From assembly GCA_963812605.1 (NCBI GenBank), contig CAWEWF010000014.1:576001-640000 (forward strand): 64,000 bases of DNA. The letters are read 5' to 3'. Position 1 is the first letter of the stretch; the number at the start of each line of letters is the position of its first letter. Made by a program: the position numbers and the translations under genes. Of this stretch, positions 1-9,889 are shown piece by piece. The notes beneath the pieces are model-generated. The model saw only the letters and a list, made by a program, of their open reading frames with translations, was not told the origin of the DNA and searched no databases. Origin of the DNA: an uncultured Verrucomicrobiae bacterium. Lineage in GTDB: Bacteria > Verrucomicrobiota > Verrucomicrobiia > Palsa-1439.

Positions 1-742
1 GATTCAGCATCTCATTGATCACGGATTGATCAAGGGCGGCAGCCTTGAGAACGCAGTGTTGATCCGCAATGAGAGCATCCTCGCGACCGAGCCGTTGCGG
101 TTCCGCGATGAATTCGTGCGACACAAGATTCTCGACGTGCTCGGCGATATCGTATTGCTCGGACGCCCGCTGGCGGCGCATATCATCACCATTCGGCCGG
201 GACATTCCTGCAATGCGGCCCTGACCAAGGCGCTGGCGAAGGTGATGGAGAAAGAGCAGCCCGCGCCGGTTTCGTTCGCGCCGCCCATGACGGCGGACAT
301 GCCGATGGAACAAGCGATGGACATCGTGCAACTGCTGAACGTGCTGCCGCATCGCTATCCGTTCTTGCTGGTTGACCGTATCATCAAGATCGAGGGCGAA
401 GAGAAAATCATCGGACTCAAGAACGTGACGATGAATGAGCCGTTCTTTCAGGGACATTTCCCCGGTTATCCGATCATGCCCGGTGTTTTGCAGTTGGAAG
501 CGATGGCGCAGGTCGCGGGCGTGTTGATGCTGCGCTCCGGCGAGAATGCCGGCAAGGTCGCGTACTTCATGAGCGCCAACAACGTGAAATGGCGCAAGCC
601 CGTTCGCCCCGGCGATCAACTCATCATCGAAATCGAAATGGGCCGCGCCCGCGGCAAGATCGCCAAAGCCAAAGGCGTCTGCAAAGTGGCCGGCGAAGTG
701 GTCAGCGAAGCGGAAGTGATGTTTAGCGTGGTGGACGGGTAG
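1..742 (+). CDS. lpxC-fabZ: Bifunctional LpxC/FabZ (UDP-3-O-acyl-GlcNAc deacetylase + 3-hydroxyacyl-ACP dehydratase), 5' end outside window
   Basis: LpxC C-terminal motifs (IKGGSLENA, EFVRHKILDVLGD, GH) followed in frame by FabZ motifs LPHRYPFLLVD and FFQGHFPGYPIMPGVLQLEAMAQ. Confidence 0.95.
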   Translation, partial: IQHLIDHGLIKGGSLENAVLIRNESILATEPLRFRDEFVRHKILDVLGDIVLLGRPLAAHIITIRPGHSCNAALTKALAKVMEKEQPAPVSFAPPMTADMPMEQAMDIVQLLNVLPHRYPFLLVDRIIKIEGEEKIIGLKNVTMNEPFFQGHFPGYPIMPGVLQLEAMAQVAGVLMLRSGENAGKVAYFMSANNVKWRKPVRPGDQLIIEIEMGRARGKIAKAKGVCKVAGEVVSEAEVMFSVVDG

Positions 743-869
743 AAGCACGAAGGACACGAAGACGGCGATTGAATCATCAAGGGTGGGGATCTGTAAGTGG
801 TAAGGCGCTGAGCGGGAGGCAACAGGATTGCCCTTGTCGCGTGTCTTCGCGCCTTGTAATGTTTGCATC

Positions 870-1265
870 ATGAGACTTCCGCTCTACTTGTGCCTGGCCG
901 CGATTCTCACGGTGGCCGGTGCAGCCGCGCGCGCAGAGCGCATGGACGGCACGAAGTGGAAGGTCAAAGTCACGCCTGACGAGGAATCCGCCAAGAAGGG
1001 AGCGAAAGGATTCGACGACGAATTCATCTTCGCCGAGGGCCGCTTCACCTCCACCACAATGCTCGCCCGCGGATTCAAAGCGGGTCCGTACCGGTACGAG
1101 ACCGAAGATGCCGACGTCGAATGGGCGGCCGACAAGCAAAATGACACGACAGACCTGGCTGGCTGGGGCGGCCGCGTCGACGGCAAGACCGCGAGTGGCA
1201 ATTTCCACTGGCAGAAAAGGGACGGCACATCACTTTTCTTCAAGTTTACCGGCACAAAGGAGTGA
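870..1265 (+). CDS. Small secreted hypothetical protein
   Basis: Signal peptide MRLPLYLCLAAILTVAGAAARA; beta-rich mature part; promoter-like TTGTCG-17-TAATGT ends 7 nt before the ATG. Confidence 0.7.
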   Translation: MRLPLYLCLAAILTVAGAAARAERMDGTKWKVKVTPDEESAKKGAKGFDDEFIFAEGRFTSTTMLARGFKAGPYRYETEDADVEWAADKQNDTTDLAGWGGRVDGKTASGNFHWQKRDGTSLFFKFTGTKE

Positions 1266-1395
1266 CAGAACTCGTTGTCGTTGCGATGTCTGGAAATTGG
1301 AAGCCCTTCGAGACCGCAGCGCCGACATTTTGCAGCTTTCCTTTCGAGACCGGGTCAAGTATCCTTCCCTTCAGGTCGCAGATCGAATTACGAAT

Positions 1396-2983
1396 ATGCC
1401 AACGCGCTTGAATCCCCGCTGGTTCGTTGCTTTCATCGGTATTGCCTCGCTGGCTCTACCGTCGCGCGCGCCGGCACAAACCGTCATCACCAACACGTTC
1501 GCCGAGGTGTCGCGCATGGCTTCCCTGTGGGAAGTCGATCCGGTACAGATTTCAAGCCTGGCGAACGCGCAATATTCATCGGTTGGTGGCGGCACCAGTA
1601 CATGGCAGTTCATTTTCCCGGCATTCTTGCTCGCTGCCGACGGCGACATCCATGTCAATATGGGGATCGATACCAACGGTACGGGATCGACCAGTGGCAA
1701 CCAGGGCGAATCGCCAATTGTCCCTGAAGTGATCAACGCCACGGCCGCGCAGCTTACGACCATTGATTCGCTTAACGGCTCGCAAACCATCGTGCGAGGG
1801 ATCTTCCGTTGGTATTCCGAACATACCGGCGAACGGAAATACGAAATCCATCCCGCGACCGAACTGCTCAAGTGGAGTGGCAGCGCGTTTGTGTTGACCA
1901 ACGACTACCGGCCAAACATCAAGTTCGACAACGGCAACACTTCGCAGTCCACCCAACACATGATTACCACGTTTGACGGGTCCGACGTGATGACTGCGGC
2001 TGTTATGGTCGCGGACAGCACCAAGATTGTGTTTACCTACCCGAGCCCGAGGTTCAACTACTGCATTTACGACGGCGTCACCCTGTCCGCGCTGACGAAC
2101 GATTTCGTCAGCCAGTATTTCCTGTTGAAGCCAAACCTGGTGCCGACCGCGGTCATCCGCTGCCGGATCGTCACCAATACCATCGCGGCGGCCGTCGCGG
2201 CCGGGTTGGTGTCCAACCAGACTGTCACGGTCAACGCCCTGACCCGTTGCGACCTGCTCGGGGTCTCGAACAAGATCGCTTCGCTGACGGCGGGCCACAC
2301 CAATGTTTTTGCGTGGCCGGTCGAATTCATCACGTTGAACATTACCAATCTGGGGTGGCCGCCGCCGGTGGCAATTTTTAGCGGCAGTCCCACGAACGGC
2401 ACCGAGCCACTGGCGGTGACCTTCACGGACGCATCGACCGGGAGTATCACGAATCGATCTGGGATTTTGGCGATGGCCGCACCACCAACGTCACGACGAC
2501 CACCGTGCTCCACACGTACGCCGCCGGGACGAACACCGTGAAACTGGTGGTCACCGCCCCGGTGGCGTCAACACCAATACCAAGCCGAATTACATCACGG
2601 TGTTGACGGCGTTCCAGGCCTGGCAGGTTCAGTACTTTGGCAGCACAACCAACCCGGCAGCGGCCAATGCCGATCCGGATGGCGACGGAATGTCCAACCT
2701 GCAGGAGTTCCTCGCCGGTACTGATCCCACCAATGGCGCCTCGGCGTTCCGCATCACCAGCGTGGTGCGCGCTGGCAGCGATCTTCTGGTCGCGTGGATG
2801 ACGGGCTCGGCGGACTAACGCGTTGCAATCCACGGCCGGGACGGGCGCTGGCAGTTACAACACGAATGGCTTCGCCGACATCTTCACCGTCACGAATACC
2901 ACCGCGCAGTCACCAACTACCTCGATCCCAACGCCGCCACCAATTTCCCCTCGCTCTTCTACCGTGTCCGCCTCGTGCCCTGA
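1396..2983 (+). CDS. Secreted protein with PKD domain and C-terminal WQxQYFG/GMSNxxxFLAG...YRVRLVP domain; frameshifted several times
   Basis: Signal peptide at 1396; PKD-like FSGSPTNGTEPLAVTFTDASTGSITN; continues in other frames (2600-2818 WQVQYFGSTTNP..DPDGDGMSNLQEFLAGTDP; 2823 onward) to YRVRLVP-TGA at 2983. Confidence 0.7.
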
Positions 2984-3027
2984 GTGTGGTCTGACCGCAC
3001 CTCCGGGAAGTGTATGGATTCCAAGGT

Positions 3028-3129
3028 AGCCGCGCACGGGGTAAGATTGCCAAGGCCAAAGGCGTCTGCAAGGTGGCCGGTGAAGTGGTCAGCGAGGCGG
3101 AAGTGATGTTTAGTGTGGTGGATAGCTGA
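3028..3129 (+). pseudogene. fabZ': Second copy of the last 34 codons of fabZ (direct repeat of 641-742)
   Basis: Encodes SRARGKIAKAKGVCKVAGEVVSEAEVMFSVVDS*, versus GRARGK...VVDG* at 641-742; no start codon or 5' part. Confidence 0.95.
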
Positions 3130-3353
3130 CGCCGACAGAATTCATGTGGAGGGCGAGTCTCCCGGTGAGTGAGGGGATTCACCACGAAGCCACGAAGAGC
3201 ACGAAGGCGGCGCGGATTGAACCACAGAGTCACAGAGGGCGGAGAATTACTTGTGGTGCGAGTGGCTTGGGTGGCAGATCTGTAAATAGTAAAGCGCTGA
3301 CCTTGGCCACGGGTGATTGACTGTAGCCATCTGCAAGAACATAATTGAAGACC

Positions 3354-4031
3354 ATGATAGCGATCAGAAAACTGACGCTTGTAATTTTCCTGATCACAGT
3401 TCTGTTAGGTCTCTGCGTATGGATTTTGGTGCTTGTCCGTGGCCATTCTCTATCGACTCCGTCTGGACAATTGACTATCGAATCGCAGAAACAATTGGAG
3501 TTGGAGGCCGCACGGGAAGCCCAAGCCACAAACGACTGGCTTCCTGTGGTTGTCTCTCGGGGGGACATACCTGCCCGCACTAAAATCACCAAAGATATGT
3601 TGTCATTGATTCCATATCCCAAGGGTTTGATCGCCGATGGTGCACTCCTAGACTACAAGCCGGCTGAGGGTCATTTCAACTTGTTGCCACTCAAAGCCAA
3701 GGACCAAGTCCGCGTGTCCGATCTCCATACCGAAGAGCCGCCTTTGATCCCATGCGACGTTCCCGAAGGTATGCGAACCTACGTCATTAACGATAATGAG
3801 ATCCAAGTGGTGAGGGTTATCATAAAACCCTGTGACCGCGTGGATATTCTAGCAACATATTCCGAACCCGCTAGTCATCAAGAAACCACCCAGACAATCC
3901 TGCAAAATGTCCTAGTACTTATGCAGGGCACGAGTTCAGTGACAGTAGCGGTCAAGCCGGAAGAGGTGGAATTGCTTACGGCAGCAAATCGTGCTGGCAC
4001 CCCCTTGCGCGTGAAACTTCGCGCTCCCTAA
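3354..4031 (+). CDS. cpaB: Flp pilus assembly CpaB-like protein (SAF + RcpC-like domain), orphan
   Basis: N-terminal TM, VVVSRGDIPARTKIT (SAF), VPEGMR, IKPCDRVDILATY, TILQNVLVL, VTVAV; promoter TTGACT-17-CATAAT at 3317-3345. Confidence 0.8.
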   Translation: MIAIRKLTLVIFLITVLLGLCVWILVLVRGHSLSTPSGQLTIESQKQLELEAAREAQATNDWLPVVVSRGDIPARTKITKDMLSLIPYPKGLIADGALLDYKPAEGHFNLLPLKAKDQVRVSDLHTEEPPLIPCDVPEGMRTYVINDNEIQVVRVIIKPCDRVDILATYSEPASHQETTQTILQNVLVLMQGTSSVTVAVKPEEVELLTAANRAGTPLRVKLRAP

Positions 4032-4260
4032 ATCGATGGAGGTTTCGACGTGGTTGAGAGTCGAGGCAGGCACCTACCCCATTAACTGGTGCGAGGCAGA
4101 AACATCCTCGGTATCGTCAGCCAAAGAATTGAAGTGAATCGTCGATCACCATATGCGTTCACGCCGGGATCTGGTCTCGCAGACTGCCGTAGGCGATGGT
4201 ACGGGCCATCTCCTTGGCATACATGTCGTGCGGGAACCAGAGTTCAATGCGGTCAGCTTC

Positions 4261-4905
4261 GACAGCAGAGATTTGCCGATACACGACGATCGGCCTCTTC
4301 GAGTTCCGCTTCCCTCAGGATGACAGACTAAGAGTCGAGCACCCGTCCCGAGTCCCCGCCGCGTGGGGCACGCGGCCTACAGCTACAAGGGAATATGCCC
4401 GCTGTATCGTTAATCGATAATTTTGCTGGACGGGGTGATTCCGGGCGGGTATAGTCGGGAAAACGGATGAACATACGGAGTTCAGAATCCAGAAGGCAGG
4501 AGCAGAAGCGGGCGGCAAAGCTCCAGCGAAGGGCGATATTTTAATAAACGGCGCGGCGCGATACCTAAACGACAGGCATCGCACCCTACAAAACCGACGG
4601 CGAGCAGGCGGGAGGGCAAAGCTGCGACGAGTCGCAGCACTCCAGAGGGGGGAGCACGAATCGGGAATACGGAAGGATACAGGCGGGGCGCCTGTTCAAC
4701 GCGAAGACGGAAGGACACGGGCGGGACGCCCGCGCCACTACCAGCGAGGGAAGGAAGTCGTAAAAACATGTGTTTCTGCGAAACGAACCCGATTTGTCCG
4801 CCTGAGAAAACAGCATTTATCCATCGGTGGTACAATGGGTTACGCGATGAAAAGTGAGGGAGTCCAATCGGGTTCGTTTGGGAAAGCCGATTCATTTTTG
4901 AGGGC
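4261..4905 (+). repeat. Composite non-coding repeat element, copy 1 (conserved end modules, REP-filled middle)
   Basis: 4261-4472 matches the reverse complement of about 15100-15306; 4770-4880 matches the reverse complement of about 14825-14936. Confidence 0.85.
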
Positions 4906-5004
4906 GGCAACCGGGACGGTCGCCCTACCTCGGCAGCAAAACCCTTGGATTGACCTGATGAATGGGTTGTTGTACAAATGCGGCGGGGAGTGGGGCATCT
5001 GCCC

Positions 5005-5784
5005 ATGACTTCGTTCAAAGTTCATCCTACTGCGATTGTCGATTCCGCCGCTCAGATCAGCGCGGGCTGCGAGATTGGGCCGTATTGTGTCGTGGGGGCG
5101 AACGTGAAACTGGGAGAGGGATGCCGGCTGTATTCGCATGTGGTGATGGACGGGTTGACGACGATTGGGGCGCGGTGCGAGTTTTTTCCGTTTGCGAGCA
5201 TCGGATTAAAGACGCAGGACTTGAAATATTCTGGGGGCAAATGTTACCTGGAAATCGGGTCGGACAACGTCTTTCGCGAGCATGTGACGGTACATACGGC
5301 GACGGGCGACGGCCTTTATACGCGGATCGGGTCGCATAACAATTTTCTGTCATATTCGCACGTGGCCCACGACTGCATCGTTGGTAACCACGTGATTTTC
5401 AGCAATAACGGGACTCTGGCGGGACATGTTGTGGTGGAAGACTTTGCGATTGTTGGCGGGCTGGCTGCGATCCATCAGTTTTGTCGGATTGGGACCATGT
5501 CGATCATCGGCGGCTGCGCGAAAGTGGTACAGGATGTGCCTCCGTACATGATGGCTGATGGTAACCCTGCGGAGACGCGGGGGGTCAACAAGGTCGGCAT
5601 GGAGCGCAATGGGGTGTCGGAGGAGGCCCAGCGGGGGCTGCGGGAGGCCTTTAAGATATTGTGTCGAGCGGGGTTGACAGTGAGCAATGCATTGGATAAG
5701 ATACAGTCAGAACTTCCGCCCAGCCACGAGCTGGAACATTTCATCGACTTCTGTCGCAAGTCTGAACGCGGAATAGCCCGATAG
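5005..5784 (+). CDS. lpxA: Acyl-ACP:UDP-GlcNAc O-acyltransferase
   Basis: VHPTAIVD, hexapeptide repeats, QDLKY, HVAHDC, HQFCRIG, QDVPPY, RGI C-terminus. Confidence 0.97.
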   Translation: MTSFKVHPTAIVDSAAQISAGCEIGPYCVVGANVKLGEGCRLYSHVVMDGLTTIGARCEFFPFASIGLKTQDLKYSGGKCYLEIGSDNVFREHVTVHTATGDGLYTRIGSHNNFLSYSHVAHDCIVGNHVIFSNNGTLAGHVVVEDFAIVGGLAAIHQFCRIGTMSIIGGCAKVVQDVPPYMMADGNPAETRGVNKVGMERNGVSEEAQRGLREAFKILCRAGLTVSNALDKIQSELPPSHELEHFIDFCRKSERGIAR

Positions 5785-5805
5785 GCGATAAAGCTACACC
5801 CATTC

Positions 5806-6873
5806 ATGGCGAAGTTGAGTCGTAAGCCGATTCACGATTTGGAGCGCATTATCGAGTTCGATCTGGTGCGCGCGACGGAGGCTGCTGCGTTGAATGCCTC
5901 CCAGTGGATGGGGAAGGGCGACAAGAATGCGGCGGACCAGGCGGCTTGCGATGCGATACGGGGGATGTTTGACCTGATCCCGTGTTGCGGTGAAGTCGTA
6001 ATCGGTGAGGGCATCAAAGATGATGCACCGGGGATTTTTCTCGGCGAACACCTCGGGACGTGGCAACCCGGAGTCGTGCCGTTGGACATTGCGGTGGATC
6101 CCGTGGACGGCACCACGAACATTTCGAAGGGGTTGCCGAACGTGATTTCGGTGCTGGCGGCGGGCAGCGCGTACGACGGGTTGGGCAAGGCGCTGCGGAA
6201 TTTGCCGAGCTTCTATTCGGAGAAGCTGGCGTACGGGCCGCGGGTGCGAAATTACATGCTCAAGTCGGGAGTCGAGCAGGTGAAGCTGGGAGCGCCGATC
6301 GAGGAGAATGTGCTCCTGGTGGCGAAGATTCTGGGTACGCCCGTGCATGAGTTGACCATTACGATGCTGGACCGGCCACGGCACGAGGAGTTGGTCAAGC
6401 GCATCCGCAAGGTCGGGGCACGATTGCGAATGATTGGCGACGGGGACGTGGCCGGCGCCATTGCCCCGAGCCTGTCCGATAGCGGCACGGATTTGTACGT
6501 GGGCGTCGGGGGTTCGCCGGAAGCGGTCCTGGCGGCGACGGCGTTACGGTGCCTCGGCGGTGACATCCAGGTGAGAATGTGGCCACGCGACGAAGCCGAG
6601 CGAAAGCAGTTGATCCAGGAAGGATCGGAAGAGGAACTGAACAAAGTGTATTACGCGGAAGACCTAGCGCGAGGGGACGGCATCATGTTCTGCGCCACGG
6701 GTATCAGTGACAGCCCGTTGCTGCCGGGCGTGCGCTTCATCGGCCACACCGCCGTCACCCATTCGATCCTGATGCGCGCCAATACGCGCACGGTACGCCA
6801 CATCAAAGCGGTCCACGACCTGACAAAGAAAACCATACGCCTGCGTTCCACGCGGGCAGAGCAACCACTGTGA
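5806..6873 (+). CDS. glpX: Class II fructose-1,6-bisphosphatase
   Basis: VRATEAAA, VVIGEG, DIAVDPVDGT, LDRPRH, GDGDV, GGSPE. Confidence 0.95.
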   Translation: MAKLSRKPIHDLERIIEFDLVRATEAAALNASQWMGKGDKNAADQAACDAIRGMFDLIPCCGEVVIGEGIKDDAPGIFLGEHLGTWQPGVVPLDIAVDPVDGTTNISKGLPNVISVLAAGSAYDGLGKALRNLPSFYSEKLAYGPRVRNYMLKSGVEQVKLGAPIEENVLLVAKILGTPVHELTITMLDRPRHEELVKRIRKVGARLRMIGDGDVAGAIAPSLSDSGTDLYVGVGGSPEAVLAATALRCLGGDIQVRMWPRDEAERKQLIQEGSEEELNKVYYAEDLARGDGIMFCATGISDSPLLPGVRFIGHTAVTHSILMRANTRTVRHIKAVHDLTKKTIRLRSTRAEQPL

Positions 6874-8030
6874 ACGAAACAGAACAGCCGCAAACGCAAC
6901 CACAGCCGCCACCGCAACAATCCACCGAGGGCCAGGTCCGGGGCGTCCTCGAAGTCGGCGAGAAAGGGTTCGGATTCCTCCGCAACCCGGCCCGCAACTT
7001 CCAGATCAGCCCGAACGACATCTATGTGTCGCCGGACATCATTCGCAAATTCAAATTGCGACCGGGTCTTGAAATCGACGGGCGCGCCGTGCCGCCCAAA
7101 AAAGGCAGCCCGCAACTCGCCGAGATTTTCAAGATCAACAGCCAGCCGCCGGAGAAGTGGGCCAACCTGAAGAAATTTGACGACCTCACCAGCGTCAACC
7201 CGAACGAACGGTTCAACCTGGAAACGGTCGGGGACCGTTATACCACCCGCATCTTCGATCTCATCGCGCCGCTTGGCAAGGGCACGCGCGGCCTGATCGT
7301 CGCCGCGCCGCGCACCGGCAAGACGACATTGCTGCACCATATCGCCGATGCGGTGATCACCAATCATCCCGACGTTCACACGATGGTGCTGCTGGTGGAC
7401 GAGCGTCCGGAGGAAACCACCGATTTCCGCCGCTCGGTGAAGGGCGGCGAAGTCATCGCCTCGACCAACGACCAGACCATTGAAGAGCACGTTCGCACGG
7501 CCAAGATGGCCATTGAACGCGCCAAGCGGCTGGTCGAATTCGGCCGGGACGTCTTCATCGTGCTCGACTCGATCACGCGCCTGGCTCGCGCGTTTAACAA
7601 TTACATCGGTTCCACCGGCCGCACGATGACCGGCGGTCTCGATGCCCGCGCGATGGAACAGCCGCGCCGCATCTTCGCCTCGGCCCGCAAAGCGGAGGAG
7701 GGCGGCTCGCTCACGATCATCGCCACCGCGTTGATCGAAACCGGCTCGCGGATGGATGAATTGATTTTCCAGGAGTTCAAGGGCACGGGTAATTCGGAGT
7801 TGGTGCTTGACCGGAAGATCGCCGAGCAACGCTACTGGCCCGCGGTGGACATCAACGCTTCGGGAACGCGTCGCGAGGAATTGCTTCTGCCGCCGAAGGA
7901 CCTGGAGGCGATCACGCGTCTGCGCCGCGCTTTGAGTGGCGCGCCGCCCGTCGAGGCCCTGCAGAAACTTCTTACCGGTCTCGCGAAGTTCAAGACGAAC
8001 AAGGAATTCCTCAAGGCGATGGCGTCGTGA
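6870..8030 (+). CDS. rho: Transcription termination factor Rho (short form)
   Basis: GFGFLR, DIYVS, APLGKG..GKTTLL, LVDERPEE, LDSITRLARA, EFKGTGNSEL, SGTRREELL. Confidence 0.96.
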   Translation: MNETEQPQTQPQPPPQQSTEGQVRGVLEVGEKGFGFLRNPARNFQISPNDIYVSPDIIRKFKLRPGLEIDGRAVPPKKGSPQLAEIFKINSQPPEKWANLKKFDDLTSVNPNERFNLETVGDRYTTRIFDLIAPLGKGTRGLIVAAPRTGKTTLLHHIADAVITNHPDVHTMVLLVDERPEETTDFRRSVKGGEVIASTNDQTIEEHVRTAKMAIERAKRLVEFGRDVFIVLDSITRLARAFNNYIGSTGRTMTGGLDARAMEQPRRIFASARKAEEGGSLTIIATALIETGSRMDELIFQEFKGTGNSELVLDRKIAEQRYWPAVDINASGTRREELLLPPKDLEAITRLRRALSGAPPVEALQKLLTGLAKFKTNKEFLKAMAS

Positions 8031-8067
8031 TTGTCACAACGGGAGCTCTGAGCCAGAAGTTAAGACC

Positions 8068-8827
8068 GTGGGTCGTGTCCGAGATTACAGCGAGATAGTG
8101 CAGCGACTGCGCGCTCTGCCGCGTCGCTGAATGGCGTGTCCAACAAGCCGGAGAAATCTGGGGATACCCGTTCTTTTGTTTGCGACGGAGGGTTGCCAAG
8201 CATGCCCCAACGGTTCTCCTCACCGCCGGAATTCACGGCGAAGAACCGGGGGGCGTCGCCGGCGCTTTGCGTTGGTTGGAGAGTGGCGAATGGGCGCGGT
8301 GGGACGTGAACTGGTTCGTATTACCATGCATAAATCCCTACGGTTGGGAGCGCAACCAGCGCAGCAACGCACAGCGCTACGACATCAACCGCCAATTCCG
8401 CAACGCCACGGACAGTCCCGAAGTGAGATTGATCAAACGGCTGGTGAAAGGCAATTGCTTCTTGTTCTCGCTCGATTTACACGAAGACGTGGATGCCCCC
8501 GGATACTATCTTTACGAATTGCGCCAAGGACCGCCTTTTATCGGCGAACGCATTGTGAAGGCCGTCAGCCGGGTGATTCCCATCAATCGCGACAAGGTGA
8601 TCGATGGCAACCAGGCAACGGGATTTGGGCTGATTCGTCGGGACTCGAGTGTCGGGATGTTGAAGCGCCGGCGCCGTTGGCCGATGGCATATCACCTGTT
8701 TCTCAATTACACGGGCCACATTCTTGGCAGCGAAACCCCTGTGCATTTTCCCTTGGAACAACGGGCCACGGCCCATCATATAGCCCTGCGAACTGCGCTC
8801 CAAGCTATCGTGGAGAGACGTCGATGA
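8068..8827 (+). CDS. M14 family zinc carboxypeptidase / deacylase, frameshift near 8125
   Basis: AGIHGEE, PCINPYG, RSNAQRYDINRQF, LDLHED, ETP; N-terminus VGRVRDYSEIVQRLRAL lies in another frame. Confidence 0.8.
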
Positions 8828-8877
8828 CACGGCATTTTCCTTGTTCGGGTCCCGGTCAGCATGCTAGCCTTCTTCTT

Positions 8878-9864
8878 GTGCGTCGGTCCATGATTTTCAT
8901 CTTGTTCGCTGCGATGGTTGCGCCACGGATGGCTCAAGCTCAGATCTCGGTGCAAATCACAATGGAGCGAGACGCGCTGATGCTCTTCGAGTCGATTCCC
9001 GTGGTGGCGAACGTGCACAACTTTTCCGGCCGCGCCATCGAGCTCGCGGATGACAACCAAACGTCCTGGCTCAATTTCCTGGTCAGCGACGAGGCCGGCG
9101 CGACGATTTCACCGATCGGCAAACAGCTGACTTTCGATCCCGTGAAGATTGCGCCCGGACACAGCGTGAACGTGACGGTGAATCTGTTGCCGCACTACGA
9201 TCTTCGGCAACATGGCACCTTTATCGTACGCGCGGTGGTCGATGGCGGTGGCGTGCATGCGCTTTCAACACCGGTCAGGTTCACCATCACCAGCGGCCGC
9301 GAGGTCTGGAAACAAACCGTTGGCCTGCCGGTTGCCGCCGGCGAAACCAATGAAGATTACCGGACCTATGCGCTTCTCTCACGCCGCGCCGAGCACAGTG
9401 AAACACTGTACGCAAGCGTGCAGGATGACGCGCATGAATTGGTCTACGGTACGATTCCGCTCGGTGAAACCATCTCGACGGGCGACCCGACGGCGATGAT
9501 TGACAGCGCCGGCCACCTTCACGTGTTGTTTCGCAGTGGCCCGCGCTCGCACAGCTATGCCGAGGTCGATCCTGACGCGAAGGTAGTGAAGCGAGCCATA
9601 TATTCCGATATGCTTTCCGCGCCGCAACTCGTTGCCGAAGCCGATGGCGCGGTGGTCGTGCAAGGCGGTGAGCAAACGTATCCCCGTGTCGAGCGAGTGA
9701 TGACGGATCAGGAACTCAAACCGCCGCCCCCGCCAGCCCCGGAGAAACCGCCGAAGAAAAAATGGTGGTGGCCGTTCGGTTCCAACAGAACTTCCACGAA
9801 TGCCAGCGCGAATTCCGCGATGTCCACCAACCGTCCTCCGAACAACACTTGGACGGGTAGCTAG
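8878..9864 (+). CDS. Secreted/periplasmic hypothetical protein with Pro-rich KKKWWWPFG tail (start uncertain)
   Basis: Signal-peptide-like segment ending AQA; beta-rich body; only the 3' part of ORF 8131-9864 looks coding. Confidence 0.7.
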   Translation: MRRSMIFILFAAMVAPRMAQAQISVQITMERDALMLFESIPVVANVHNFSGRAIELADDNQTSWLNFLVSDEAGATISPIGKQLTFDPVKIAPGHSVNVTVNLLPHYDLRQHGTFIVRAVVDGGGVHALSTPVRFTITSGREVWKQTVGLPVAAGETNEDYRTYALLSRRAEHSETLYASVQDDAHELVYGTIPLGETISTGDPTAMIDSAGHLHVLFRSGPRSHSYAEVDPDAKVVKRAIYSDMLSAPQLVAEADGAVVVQGGEQTYPRVERVMTDQELKPPPPPAPEKPPKKKWWWPFGSNRTSTNASANSAMSTNRPPNNTWTGS

Positions 9865-9889
9865 AACGGTCGACAGACTGCGCCGGTTC

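Noticed and set aside
641-3129. DGR template/variable repeat pair
   Set aside because: Differences are synonymous third-position changes, not adenine-specific, and there is no reverse transcriptase in the window.
8131-8877. 5' extension of the 577-aa ORF, and the many long antisense ORFs (e.g. 6651-7829, 18181-19422, 37587-39308)
   Set aside because: They overlap well-supported genes in other frames and are expected shadow ORFs in GC-rich DNA.
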